A DNA stretch of 46,842 bases. Origin: a virus. Positions 34,445 through 43,401 of the stretch are shown piece after piece. The stretch is taken from the IMG/VR virus record IMGVR_UViG_3300028871_000005; one strand, written 5' to 3'. Within the stretch, counting starts at the first letter, position 1, and the number at the start of each line of letters is the position of its first letter. The notes beneath the pieces were generated by a model. That model was not told the DNA's origin, ran no database searches, and worked only from the letters and a program-made list of their open reading frames with translations. A program made the position numbers and the translations under genes.

Positions 34445-36231
34445 ATCGCCGCCGCGTTGGCTGATACGGCCACGTTGGTGCCGGACTTATTGGTCACGAC
34501 GAGATTGACCGTTGTCTTGGATTTGTTCGATGCCATCAGCGACAAAACCTTCTGGATCTGGTTCTGCGTTTCCGTCGGCGCAAAGCGCTCCCAGTCCGCA
34601 CCGTGCTTTTTTATATCCGAATCCAGTGCGGCGGGCTTCCAGTTGTAGGCGGCAATCTCTTTTCGAACGTCTCCTCCGTAGCGCTTGCTCAACTGGGCAT
34701 AAAGCTTCGCTGCCCCCGTGGAACTCTGCTTGAAGTCGTAGACGTTGTTGACGCCCAATGCAGCGGCCGTTTCTGGCATGAACTGGAAAAGTCCCTGTGC
34801 GCCTGCAGCTGATGTTCCTGGGTCCAGTCGGCCTGACGATTCGACCTGCGCTGTAGCTCCAAGCAGGCCCGGTTGCAATGCCTGATTCTTTTCCAAATTT
34901 GAAAGGTAGGCCTGATTATTCGGGTCAGTGAGTACGTTACCCGCAATCGCCGATTTTATGGTTCTGGATGGGTTCCAAATAGCTTTCCCCACTCCCACCA
35001 TATTTTCCCAGACGTCATCCGCAACCCGCTCTACTTTGTCAGTCGTGGAAGCATCTTGGGGGTGAAGGACGCTATTTGCTCGGTCGACTATCCATCCCAT
35101 CGCCTTAGCTAGGCTCTTCAGGTTATCGACAAATCCTCTCACGTCATCCTTGAAATCCTGAGAACCCAAGTACGTCGCAAATGTGGTCAGGCCATCCTGC
35201 ATCGACTTCATGTTGGCGTCGGTAAACACGCCATTGATCAGGATTTCCGCATCCTTTTCCAGGTTCGTGATGAAGCTGGATAGCGCACCATTTTTGTTGA
35301 GATCGGAAAGCTTGTTGGCGAAGTCGATCTCTAGGTGGTCGCCTGCGTTCTTCAGACTGCGACTGAAGTCATAGAGCGCGTTGATTGAGCTGTTGCTCTG
35401 GCTGAGTCCGGGCGCATCGGCCTTGTACGTTGCATAGGCTTTCTCAAGCTCGGAGCGCGGTGTGTTTCCCTGCCGTCGAACATCAGCCAGTGACATGCCG
35501 GACTGAGTAAATCCCGTGGCCATGAGGTTGGCATCGGTATGCTGCGATTCCGGCGTGGAGGCCCACCAGTCATGCGCCTTAAGGGCGAGCTGAGCGGACA
35601 ACGATCCGGCATCTGTACGCTGCACATCGGTCTGGCTCATCCCCGTTGCACGGGCCAGCCAGACGCGGCCGACATAGCTGTTTTGGGCGTCAGCGACGCT
35701 GGTCAACGTGCTGCGGTCAATGTTGCGCGAAAGATCGTTGTCAAACGCTCGGTTCTGTCCGGTGGTCAGGCCCAGGGATCGCCCGCTGCGCTGATTAGCC
35801 ACCGCACTGTTCGCCAGCGCATCGATCCCGAAAAGGCCAGCTGCTGCCGATCCAATACCGATCGCGCCAAGCTTGAACAGGAACTTGCCGATGCCGAAAA
35901 CCGATTCACCCAGCGCCTTGGCATCTTTCGCCATCGCCTTTAGATTGTTCGATCCGACATTCGAGGCAGAGCCGAACTCGCGCTGTGCCGCGGCGGCTTC
36001 CCGCAGGTTCTTTGTCAGTGCCGAAGCGTGGCCCGCCGACTCCGTCATCGATCCCAGGATCGCAGCGGCGGTGACTTCCAGTGCTTCTGACGATTCCGTA
36101 CTCGCCGCATTGACGGCTTTCCAGTCGTCCGGCATCGCCTCCAGCTTTTCCTTGTACTGCTCGAAAAGCTGAAAGAAGTCCTTGAACTGCGCGTCCGAGA
36201 CTTCGATTTCAATGACGGATTTAGTGACCAC
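34441..36231 (-). CDS. Tape-measure-like protein with a C-terminal soluble lytic transglycosylase domain
   Basis: 596 aa with a GTG start. The SLT motif is TAQVESSGRLDPGTSAAGAQGLFQFMPETAAALGV. It follows the frameshifting chaperone pair. Confidence 0.7.
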   Translation of the reverse strand: MVTKSVIEIEVSDAQFKDFFQLFEQYKEKLEAMPDDWKAVNAASTESSEALEVTAAAILGSMTESAGHASALTKNLREAAAAQREFGSASNVGSNNLKAMAKDAKALGESVFGIGKFLFKLGAIGIGSAAAGLFGIDALANSAVANQRSGRSLGLTTGQNRAFDNDLSRNIDRSTLTSVADAQNSYVGRVWLARATGMSQTDVQRTDAGSLSAQLALKAHDWWASTPESQHTDANLMATGFTQSGMSLADVRRQGNTPRSELEKAYATYKADAPGLSQSNSSINALYDFSRSLKNAGDHLEIDFANKLSDLNKNGALSSFITNLEKDAEILINGVFTDANMKSMQDGLTTFATYLGSQDFKDDVRGFVDNLKSLAKAMGWIVDRANSVLHPQDASTTDKVERVADDVWENMVGVGKAIWNPSRTIKSAIAGNVLTDPNNQAYLSNLEKNQALQPGLLGATAQVESSGRLDPGTSAAGAQGLFQFMPETAAALGVNNVYDFKQSSTGAAKLYAQLSKRYGGDVRKEIAAYNWKPAALDSDIKKHGADWERFAPTETQNQIQKVLSLMASNKSKTTVNLVVTNKSGTNVAVSANAAAI

Positions 36232-36936
36232 GCAGACCCTTCAGAAGCTCGTGCAGATACCGCTCGCGATACGCGCGGGCTGACGGATGGGGAAAGTCAA
36301 AACGCGACAGGGATTCGTTGAATCGCGTCGTCGCCAGTTCGTTCAAGAGGGAAGCGATGACGCCTGGCTCGTTGCGGAAGCATCGGTTTTCGTCAATGTC
36401 GGCAAGGAATTGATGAACTCCATAGGCGCCAAGGAGGTGATCGAACCCTTCAAGACCGATGCTGTGCCTTGCATGACGGACTTCCGTTCCGCCTTTCTCG
36501 CCAGCGCACAGTTGCATGTAAAAAAAACGATGGCGCTCTCCGTCTCGCGCCAGTCGTCTTCGTCAATCGCGCCGTTGGCAATAGCGGTGTCCACCGGCAG
36601 CATGTTCCAACCGGCGCCGCTGGGACAGAGGATCGTGGTCAACCGGCGAATCTCTGCCAACAAGGCCAGAACTCCGCCATCCAGCGGGTTGTTCTCCCCG
36701 TCGAACTCGCCTCGCTCCGCCGATTCTTTGCGCCCCTCATCCATCAGCGTGAGCACGGCGATGCGCGGACCCGAGGACACCATGAACAGCGCGCCCTTGC
36801 TCATCATGGAGGACTTGGCGGCGGCAATGGTTCGGTAGTTCGCCTCAAACACTTCGCGCGAAATCGGGACGTGGTAGCACGTCGGCCCGTTCTCACTGAT
36901 GGGAAAGACGAGATTCAGCTTTTCATTGATTTGCAC
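36221..36936 (-). CDS. Tail assembly chaperone, -1 frameshift product (GT-like)
   Basis: Slipping -1 on G-TTT-TTT-TA (minus strand) continues into the frame of ORF 36221..36517. That frame is open from just after the slip site to 36221. Confidence 0.55.
36343..36936 (-). CDS. Tail assembly chaperone (G-like, zero-frame product)
   Basis: 197 aa between the tube-like gene and the tape measure. It contains a T8 slippery run near its 3' third. Confidence 0.6.
   Translation of the reverse strand: MQINEKLNLVFPISENGPTCYHVPISREVFEANYRTIAAAKSSMMSKGALFMVSSGPRIAVLTLMDEGRKESAERGEFDGENNPLDGGVLALLAEIRRLTTILCPSGAGWNMLPVDTAIANGAIDEDDWRETESAIVFFTCNCALARKAERKSVMQGTASVLKGSITSLAPMEFINSLPTLTKTDASATSQASSLPS
36520..36527 (-). 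promoter_or_regulatory. Slippery sequence (T8 on the coding strand) for programmed -1 frameshifting
   Basis: A8 run on the plus strand at 36520-36527. The zero-frame codons read GTT TTT TTT ACA. Confidence 0.6.
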
Positions 36937-37032
36937 GGTTTGCTCCCTTAAGCAAAATGAATCCCTTGAAAAGACGCTACGGCAAGCAGCAAGGGAACTG
37001 CCTTTCGGTTCTCACCTAGCCGTAGCTTCAAC

Positions 37033-37473
37033 TTAGCTGGCGGCCCAGAGTTCGCTGTTGGCGATGAAAATGCCCTTGATCGTCAGCTTGAACACCGGGT
37101 CGGTGCCGTCGTAGGCGCCTGGATCGATGTCGTTGATGATCGCGTTCTGGAAGGTCATGGCCGGAAAATTGGCCGAGTCCGGATACACCACGATCGATCC
37201 GATATCGCAGAGCAGCTGCGCTTGGGAAAGCCATGCGGCCGACAACGCCTGCGTCCGAAGCAGGCCAACCGAAATAGTCGACATGACGTACGGTTCCGGT
37301 GAGGTAACGCCACCGGTGGCTGTTGGAATCAGCTCGCCGAACGGACCACCAAAGGCGATCTTGGCGAAACTCTTGCCCATGTAGGGCGCCGTAATACTGA
37401 GGTAAGGCGTTTGGGGAACGACGATCGAGCAGCGAAGCCGATTCAGTGTGCCCTGCGGTACAAAGGTGGTCAT
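37033..37473 (-). CDS. Tail tube-like protein
   Basis: 146 aa located between the sheath-like gene and the chaperone. Positional call. Confidence 0.5.
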   Translation of the reverse strand: MTTFVPQGTLNRLRCSIVVPQTPYLSITAPYMGKSFAKIAFGGPFGELIPTATGGVTSPEPYVMSTISVGLLRTQALSAAWLSQAQLLCDIGSIVVYPDSANFPAMTFQNAIINDIDPGAYDGTDPVFKLTIKGIFIANSELWAAS

Positions 37474-37483
37474 TTGTCAGTCC

Positions 37484-38809
37484 TCAAGGCGCAAAGAAGG
37501 TGGCGTTCAAGTTGAACGTGATCGTCAGGAACCCGTTCTGCGTCACCAGCGTGGCCGACAGGCCGTTGTAGATACCCGCGGCGTAGTCGTCCGGGTTGGC
37601 GGCGGTGTAGTCGGCGAACGACACGGCGGAGACCACCACGCTATTGGCGCAGCCAAAGGCAACCGCGCTATTGCCCCGGTTCTGGGCAACGGCCTGCAGG
37701 TTGTTGATGCCGGCCTGGTCGTAGAGCAGCGGCGGATTGGTATTGGAGCCGTTGATGATCGCGGCGGCCAGATCCTGATGCGCGTTGATGCGGAACCAGT
37801 CCAGCCCGTACCATGCGGCCGACTGCTGGCCGTCCATCGTGGTGCCCTTGAAGACGCACGCCGTCGAGATGCCGCCTTCGGCACCGGTGATGATCAGGTT
37901 GCCGTAATCGGACAAAATGGCGTTGATCGTGGACTGGTTGCCCATCTGCGCCCATGGCGTGACGCCAAAGACGTAGCGGTACTGCATTGGCGCCAGCTGG
38001 TTCGACGCACTGGGGTTGTTAACCAGCCACTGGTAGAACAACGAGGCCATTTGCACTTCGGTGCTGGCCGCCGTCGGGCTATCCACCAGAGTGAACACGG
38101 ACTTGTTCGGTCCATAGACGGAAAGATTCGCCGCCGTCGTAGTGACGAAGAAGTACGTCTGCCCTGAGGGACTGGCGTATTCAGCCGCCAGCGTATTCAG
38201 ACCCGCAGCGTCCGCCGCATCCCACGACTTCGGCACAAGATAGCTGTAGAACTGCTGCGGCGAACTGTTGGCCGTCAGCCACGTCTGCAGCGCGGCAACT
38301 GCGGCGGTATTGGTCAGGACCGGGCCCAGTTCCAAAACATAGAAGCCGACCGTCTGACCTTGAGCAGCGAACGTGGTCGCGACATCGGTCAGGAAGGCCG
38401 AGCTCGGCGGGGTATAGGTACCGGGAGACGTTTCCGAGCCGGGGTTGCTGGTCAGTGTGAAAGTAAACGTGTCGGCACCGGTGACGGTCGCCAGATAGGT
38501 GCCGTTGTATGCGGCAGGCACGGCGCCGGCAATGGTGGTCGAAAAGGTCTCACCGGTGGTGAACTCAACCGCCGCCACGGCGGTTGCCGTCACGGTGCCG
38601 GATGCCCATGCCAGAGAGGCCAAGGCCAAGGGCGCCACCAGGATGGATGTCAGATCGGAAGGCGTACCCACGTACTGCCAGTGACCGGCTGCAAGGGTAG
38701 TGCCTCCCGTAGAAACGGCCGCGCCACTCCGCTGAAGCTGAGACGGCACAGGCGCTCGCGTCACGGTCGTATTGATCGTGACGATGGTCGGTGTAATGGA
38801 CTGCGCCAT
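37484..38809 (-). CDS. Tail sheath-like protein
   Basis: 441 aa from MAQSITPTIV, with AGGAG 8 nt upstream. The order sheath-like, tube-like, chaperone with frameshift, tape measure supports the call. The track's N-terminal extension is Arg-rich and implausible. Confidence 0.5.
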   Translation of the reverse strand: MAQSITPTIVTINTTVTRAPVPSQLQRSGAAVSTGGTTLAAGHWQYVGTPSDLTSILVAPLALASLAWASGTVTATAVAAVEFTTGETFSTTIAGAVPAAYNGTYLATVTGADTFTFTLTSNPGSETSPGTYTPPSSAFLTDVATTFAAQGQTVGFYVLELGPVLTNTAAVAALQTWLTANSSPQQFYSYLVPKSWDAADAAGLNTLAAEYASPSGQTYFFVTTTAANLSVYGPNKSVFTLVDSPTAASTEVQMASLFYQWLVNNPSASNQLAPMQYRYVFGVTPWAQMGNQSTINAILSDYGNLIITGAEGGISTACVFKGTTMDGQQSAAWYGLDWFRINAHQDLAAAIINGSNTNPPLLYDQAGINNLQAVAQNRGNSAVAFGCANSVVVSAVSFADYTAANPDDYAAGIYNGLSATLVTQNGFLTITFNLNATFFAP

Positions 38810-38826
38810 GTGGGCGGCTCCTGTGA

Positions 38827-39120
38827 TTACGAGTAAGCGACCGCGAGAACCTGGGCGGCTCCGGGGACGACGACGATGCCGACAGCGCATGGCAGCGTGA
38901 AGCTGTACGGGCCGATCGCTTCGGGAATGCTGCCGATGAGATTGGCCGCACTTACGGCACCGGTGGTGGCGCAGTCATGGATGCTTCCGACGCCGGTACC
39001 GAGCACGCTGTTGTTGACAGTGAACACGGTGCCGGGCAGCGCTTTGACGACGGTCGCCGCGGTGATGTTGAGAACGGTGGAATTACCACCGGCGCGCGGA
39101 GTAAGGGGATTCTGAGGCAT
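38827..39120 (-). CDS. Small virion protein (97 aa)
   Basis: ORF in the head-tail joining region. Confidence 0.45.
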   Translation of the reverse strand: MPQNPLTPRAGGNSTVLNITAATVVKALPGTVFTVNNSVLGTGVGSIHDCATTGAVSAANLIGSIPEAIGPYSFTLPCAVGIVVVPGAAQVLAVAYS

Positions 39121-39131
39121 GAGAAAAGCTC

Positions 39132-40088
39132 CTACGGGGTAGTGGTGATGTCAGCCGAGAGAATGAAGCGCCGCGCTATGGCATCGGCGGTGCCTTGGTA
39201 GTAAGACGCGGAGATGTTGATGGTCTTTTTCATCGCGAGAGCCGCGATTTCCACTTGCGTACGCTTCGCATCCCTGACGGCGGGCGAATTGCAAAAACCG
39301 AAGTTGTCGGTATTGAGCGAGTAGTCCATCAGCGCGCGGAAATACTGCAGCGCCTTCTGGTTATTGAATCCGTACAGGGTCAGCGTCACGTCATCGAGCA
39401 TCAGCTGCGAATCGGGAAGGCTGTAGAGCTGTGGTGAGTCCGGCACATACGCCGGCGTGCCGGGAAATCCGTCGATTGGAAACGATCCCAGTGCCGTCGT
39501 CTTGGCCGGCTCGATGTGCGCCACGATATAGGGCGGCGTCACGTTGTCCGGTACAAGAAACGACGGATAGACCGGCGCCATCGCGTTCTGACTCAGCCAG
39601 ATCGGTAGGCTGTTCGAAACGATCGGTTCGTTCGGTAAATCGGCGGCGTCCTCCACCAGCTGCGAGGCAAGCGCCGGATAGACCGCGTAACCGGAGTAGT
39701 GCCACAGATCGGCTTGCTGATAGAACGAGGCGTGATCGGAAAAGACGATCTGCAGTGCAGTGCCATCAATCGCCCAAGTGCCTACCCACATCGTTCCGGG
39801 GCTCACCGAATTGAGCGCAGTAACCTCTTCCTCTGCGGTGAAGATGAACTTGTTCGCCGCGACCGTCTGATCTTCTTCTTGCCGGCGATCGGTGATGCGA
39901 TGCAAAGAACCCTTGAAGGACTGCTTGACCGCACTAGCCACCCAGAACACGTAGCCGTCTTGCGAGAGAACGACCTTCGTGTACTGCGTGAAGGCAACCG
40001 TCTGGTTATTCGATAGTGTCTCTACGCCGGCATCCAGTGCAGCCCGCAGGCCCAGCGGAGCCTGTGCGGTTTCACTGATCAGGCCCAT
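39132..40088 (-). CDS. Virion structural protein (318 aa)
   Basis: ORF in the head-tail joining region. Confidence 0.5.
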   Translation of the reverse strand: MGLISETAQAPLGLRAALDAGVETLSNNQTVAFTQYTKVVLSQDGYVFWVASAVKQSFKGSLHRITDRRQEEDQTVAANKFIFTAEEEVTALNSVSPGTMWVGTWAIDGTALQIVFSDHASFYQQADLWHYSGYAVYPALASQLVEDAADLPNEPIVSNSLPIWLSQNAMAPVYPSFLVPDNVTPPYIVAHIEPAKTTALGSFPIDGFPGTPAYVPDSPQLYSLPDSQLMLDDVTLTLYGFNNQKALQYFRALMDYSLNTDNFGFCNSPAVRDAKRTQVEIAALAMKKTINISASYYQGTADAIARRFILSADITTTP

Positions 40089-40528
40089 CAGTTAACAATC
40101 CCTTCCATCCACACGCGGAATGAGGCGACATACAGGCCGGTGTCAACGAAGGCCACGCGCGCCGGATTGGCTTTCGCGTTCGGTGTTTTCTTGCGCTGAC
40201 TGTTGCCGTTGATCGCGGCCTGAATAGGATGCTGCAACCAACGCCCCTGCATCAGATCGCCGCTCGAAATGAAATCGCGAAAACGTTCCTCGATCTTGTT
40301 CATCGCGCCGCTGAAGTTCGTCTTGCCCGGTCCGCCCATCGCCATGCTTTCCAGCGCGCCAGCCATCTCGTTTGCTAGCGCGTCGGCAATGAAGTCCTGA
40401 TTCAGGTCGTAGAACGTCTGCATGATGTGGTAATCGGCCTCAAGGAAGCCGGCCACGTCGGTCGTTGTCGTGCCCTTCCCGTCGTCGTTGGTATAGGCAA
40501 CATCGACATTGCCCAGATCCAGTTTCAC
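40088..40528 (-). CDS. Head-tail joining protein (146 aa)
   Basis: I chose the GTG start at 40528 because it overlaps the upstream stop (GTGA). The track start at 40588 would overlap the upstream gene by 64 nt. Confidence 0.45.
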   Translation of the reverse strand: MKLDLGNVDVAYTNDDGKGTTTTDVAGFLEADYHIMQTFYDLNQDFIADALANEMAGALESMAMGGPGKTNFSGAMNKIEERFRDFISSGDLMQGRWLQHPIQAAINGNSQRKKTPNAKANPARVAFVDTGLYVASFRVWMEGIVN

Positions 40529-41202
40529 GACAGCCCCACCACGTTCATTCCCCACTGCTGCGAGTAGGCAATCCAGGCGCGCCCCCACGGGGTTTTCAGC
40601 GAGTCCAGCGTGGTCAGCGAGGCATTCTTCAGCCAGTCCGGGACCACCAGCGTCTGACTGGTTGCCTGATCGGCACTGGATGACACCGGACCCACGGTGT
40701 AGCTCAGGATATTGAGCGACGCGCGAAGGTTGGCGAAGAACAGTGTGCTGAACGTGCCGAACGCTGTTGCCGCGCCGGGATCGGTGGCGAGCGGATAGCT
40801 AAAACTATTCATCCCGGCATTCGTCGCCGTCACCGTGCCGTTGTAGGCATCGGGTGCGGCGCCTTGAATGGTTACCGCGAAGCTGGTGCCTGCCACGTCG
40901 CCCAAGGGCAGAGCCGTTGTCGCTGCCACGACCCCGGATGCCCAGACCAATGCGGTGATCATCAGATTGGATTGATCCGGCGCCCAGCTGATCAGCCAGT
41001 TCACCCCGAAGTTGTACACCGCGATCACGTACTCGATCGGGGGGTAACCCGCGGGCGTCTTGATGGTTCGATCAATGCCGTGCGTCAATGCCCACTGGAA
41101 GTAATCCGAGTCCACAGGCAAGGCATCGGGCGTAATGCCCTGTCCCTGACAGTAGGTCACGAAGTCGGCCAGATTAGGCACCGTGGGATTGACGAAGGAC
41201 AT
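40525..41202 (-). CDS. Virion protein sharing an about 65-aa module with the sheath-like protein
   Basis: 225 aa. WASGVVAATT...FAVTIQGAAPDAYNGTVTAT...PG aligns by eye with residues in the 37484..38809 product. Confidence 0.5.
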   Translation of the reverse strand: MSFVNPTVPNLADFVTYCQGQGITPDALPVDSDYFQWALTHGIDRTIKTPAGYPPIEYVIAVYNFGVNWLISWAPDQSNLMITALVWASGVVAATTALPLGDVAGTSFAVTIQGAAPDAYNGTVTATNAGMNSFSYPLATDPGAATAFGTFSTLFFANLRASLNILSYTVGPVSSSADQATSQTLVVPDWLKNASLTTLDSLKTPWGRAWIAYSQQWGMNVVGLS

Positions 41203-41705
41203 CAGGCTTTCGGCATCTTGTCGGAGCCATTCGGCGAAACGGACAGACTGAACTTAGTTTCCTTGCCGGTCGGCTTACGACCGCGCGGAACCTGCTCGAT
41301 AATCTCGACCTCACTTTCCGAGGCCATGCGCTCGTTGGTGTTTGGATCGCGGTTGGCTTTGTCGAATCCCAGCGCGGTCATCTTTGCCTCTTCAGCGGAT
41401 CGAAGCATGGCGCGATCAATGACGGCCTCATGACCATGCACAATCGCACTCTCGCTGATCGGCTTGCTGGTGCTGTAGAACAAGCCGGGGAAATCTTCCA
41501 GCTTGCCATTTACGGCGGACGCTGGACGCGCGCCGTAACGCTCCAGCTGGCTGATGACAGCCTGCTCCGAAGCGGGGCTGAAACTTTTTGGCACCTGGAC
41601 CTGACGACCGGCAGGGATCTGCACGAAGTAAGGCCGCGTCATCTCCGGCACGCGGAAATGATGGTGCCAGCGTTGATTGGTGGTGTTGGCGATGAAAAGT
41701 GACAT
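41202..41705 (-). CDS. Hypothetical head-associated protein (167 aa)
   Basis: ORF downstream of the major capsid gene. Confidence 0.5.
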   Translation of the reverse strand: MSLFIANTTNQRWHHHFRVPEMTRPYFVQIPAGRQVQVPKSFSPASEQAVISQLERYGARPASAVNGKLEDFPGLFYSTSKPISESAIVHGHEAVIDRAMLRSAEEAKMTALGFDKANRDPNTNERMASESEVEIIEQVPRGRKPTGKETKFSLSVSPNGSDKMPKA

Positions 41706-41754
41706 GGGGAACCCCTTAAAGGTTCAGCCACCGAAGTGGCCGAAGGATGGTGGA

Positions 41755-42783
41755 TCAGGCGTACTGGAAGTTCAGGATGAACAGGCCTTCTGGACGAAGG
41801 TTCCAGCCCGAGGTGCAACGCAGTTCGTAAACGTCAGTCACGCCGCCATCGGGAATCGGCGTGGTGATCTTGCGTGGAGCTGGCATGTCGCAGTACATCG
41901 CGTTGACGTCGCGCATGGACGGCTGCAGATCGGCGAACTCGTTGGTGTTGATGTCCACGTTCTGCAGATTCTCGATCTCCGGAATCGTCAGCAGCAGCAG
42001 ATCGGAACCGCCCGAGCCTTTGCCGATCAACGTGTCGTCGTAGTAGATCTCGAAGCTGTTACCAGCCTCTTCGAGAACACTCTTGATCACGCCTCCAGTG
42101 GTTTCCGAACCGGCGCCCGGACGCTGGTACTGCACGACCTGCACGATGTCGCTGAGCTGCCAGGCCAGGCCGACGCGCTGAGGGCAAACCAGAATCACCC
42201 GGTTGGAAATGCTCTTGCCGGACTGGAACATGTTTGCCTTGAGCTGCGCCACCTGTCCGAGCATGAACATCGCCATCTCGCCGTTGTCGTACGTCGACAC
42301 GCTGTCGTTGCCGTAGCTGTCAGGTGGCAGCGTGACCTGCGTAGCATTGCCCGAGTTGATCAGGCCTTCGCCGTTGGCCGGGTTGATGCCGTAGATCAGG
42401 CCCGTACGCATGGCCTGGAAGATGCCCTGACGGCCACCGAACTCCTGCGCCTTGGGCAGCGACACGTTCCACGTCGCCGCTTCCGCAATCGCGTGGTGAT
42501 CGTAAATCGCTCGGGTACGAAACAGGTAGGTGGGCGTGCTGTACATCGATGGCACGAAGGTTGCACTCGGCAGCTGGTTGTACGAGGCCTGCGAAGCCTG
42601 CGCATCCGTGCGGATGTCCAGAGCGTGCACGTACACGTACTTGTCCACTTCGCCCAGCTTGACCTTGGGGACACCGCGAGGAAGGACTTCGAACGCACCC
42701 GTGGGCTGCGCCCAGGTCAGGATGAGATCGGGTTCCGAGAAGCTCGGCGTGACTTTGGCTTGAGAAACAAAATAACCACTCAT
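41755..42783 (-). CDS. Major capsid protein
   Basis: 342 aa located after the scaffold and a small decoration-like protein. Composition and position are typical for a capsid protein. Not confirmed by search. Confidence 0.7.
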   Translation of the reverse strand: MSGYFVSQAKVTPSFSEPDLILTWAQPTGAFEVLPRGVPKVKLGEVDKYVYVHALDIRTDAQASQASYNQLPSATFVPSMYSTPTYLFRTRAIYDHHAIAEAATWNVSLPKAQEFGGRQGIFQAMRTGLIYGINPANGEGLINSGNATQVTLPPDSYGNDSVSTYDNGEMAMFMLGQVAQLKANMFQSGKSISNRVILVCPQRVGLAWQLSDIVQVVQYQRPGAGSETTGGVIKSVLEEAGNSFEIYYDDTLIGKGSGGSDLLLLTIPEIENLQNVDINTNEFADLQPSMRDVNAMYCDMPAPRKITTPIPDGGVTDVYELRCTSGWNLRPEGLFILNFQYA

Positions 42784-42795
42784 ATCGTCGGCTCC

Positions 42796-43401
42796 TTAAA
42801 TCTGAATGACGGCGACAGCACCGGCGACCCAGGACACAACCCCGGTACCGGCGTTGTAGCTGACGACTTTGCTGTTGGTGTTGACGGAAAGAACCTTGAT
42901 ACCGGCAAGGGTGATGGCGCCGGCCGTGCCGGATGCCGTGAGCTCCTGAAGCGCCGGGTCCCAGTACAAGGCCTGATTGATGTTGCCCGCCTCAATGGTG
43001 GCTACCTCAGCGGCCAATACGGCGACCTTGATGCGGGCGCCACTGCCCAGACGGAAGAACGTGGTGGTCTGCGTCGGTGCCAGCTGCGGAACAGTGTTGC
43101 CGGGCGTGACGATGGCATTGGACGACTGCGTGAATACCGTCCAGCCGGTCAGGTTGCCGACCGCCGTGGCGATCGTGATGGTGGTGCCGAGACTGGCCTC
43201 GCCATTCGTAGCAACCGATTCAGTGATGGCGATACCGCCATAGATAGGCTGGGCCACCGATGCGCCGATCTTGCCGGAAGCAAGCTCCATGCGGGTCGAC
43301 GGATCATCGACAAAGTCACCCTGGTAGTAGCCCTGGGTGCTGACATCGAACGTTCCATAGGGAGACGTGGTCAGCTGCGGGTTGAAGGTAATGCCGGCCA
43401 T
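42796..43401 (-). CDS. Head decoration / auxiliary capsid protein
   Basis: 201 aa, Gly/Ala/Thr-rich, between the scaffold and the capsid gene. Confidence 0.45.
   Translation of the reverse strand: MAGITFNPQLTTSPYGTFDVSTQGYYQGDFVDDPSTRMELASGKIGASVAQPIYGGIAITESVATNGEASLGTTITIATAVGNLTGWTVFTQSSNAIVTPGNTVPQLAPTQTTTFFRLGSGARIKVAVLAAEVATIEAGNINQALYWDPALQELTASGTAGAITLAGIKVLSVNTNSKVVSYNAGTGVVSWVAGAVAVIQI

Noticed and set aside
36937-37032. Long-range stem GCTACGGC...GCCGTAGC followed by GTCTTTTC on the minus strand after the tube-like gene
   Set aside because: The loop is about 35 nt and the U-tract is interrupted. This is not convincing as a terminator without folding energies. It could be an mRNA-stabilising structure.
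37448-38167. 239-aa plus-strand ORF
   Set aside because: It is antisense to the sheath-like gene and has an Arg/Gly/Val-rich composition. It is a shadow ORF.
41706-41754. Short GCCAC-TTCG-GTGGC hairpin (minus strand) after the major capsid gene
   Set aside because: It has only a 5-bp stem and no U-tract. At most it is an RNA stability element, so I did not call it as a terminator.
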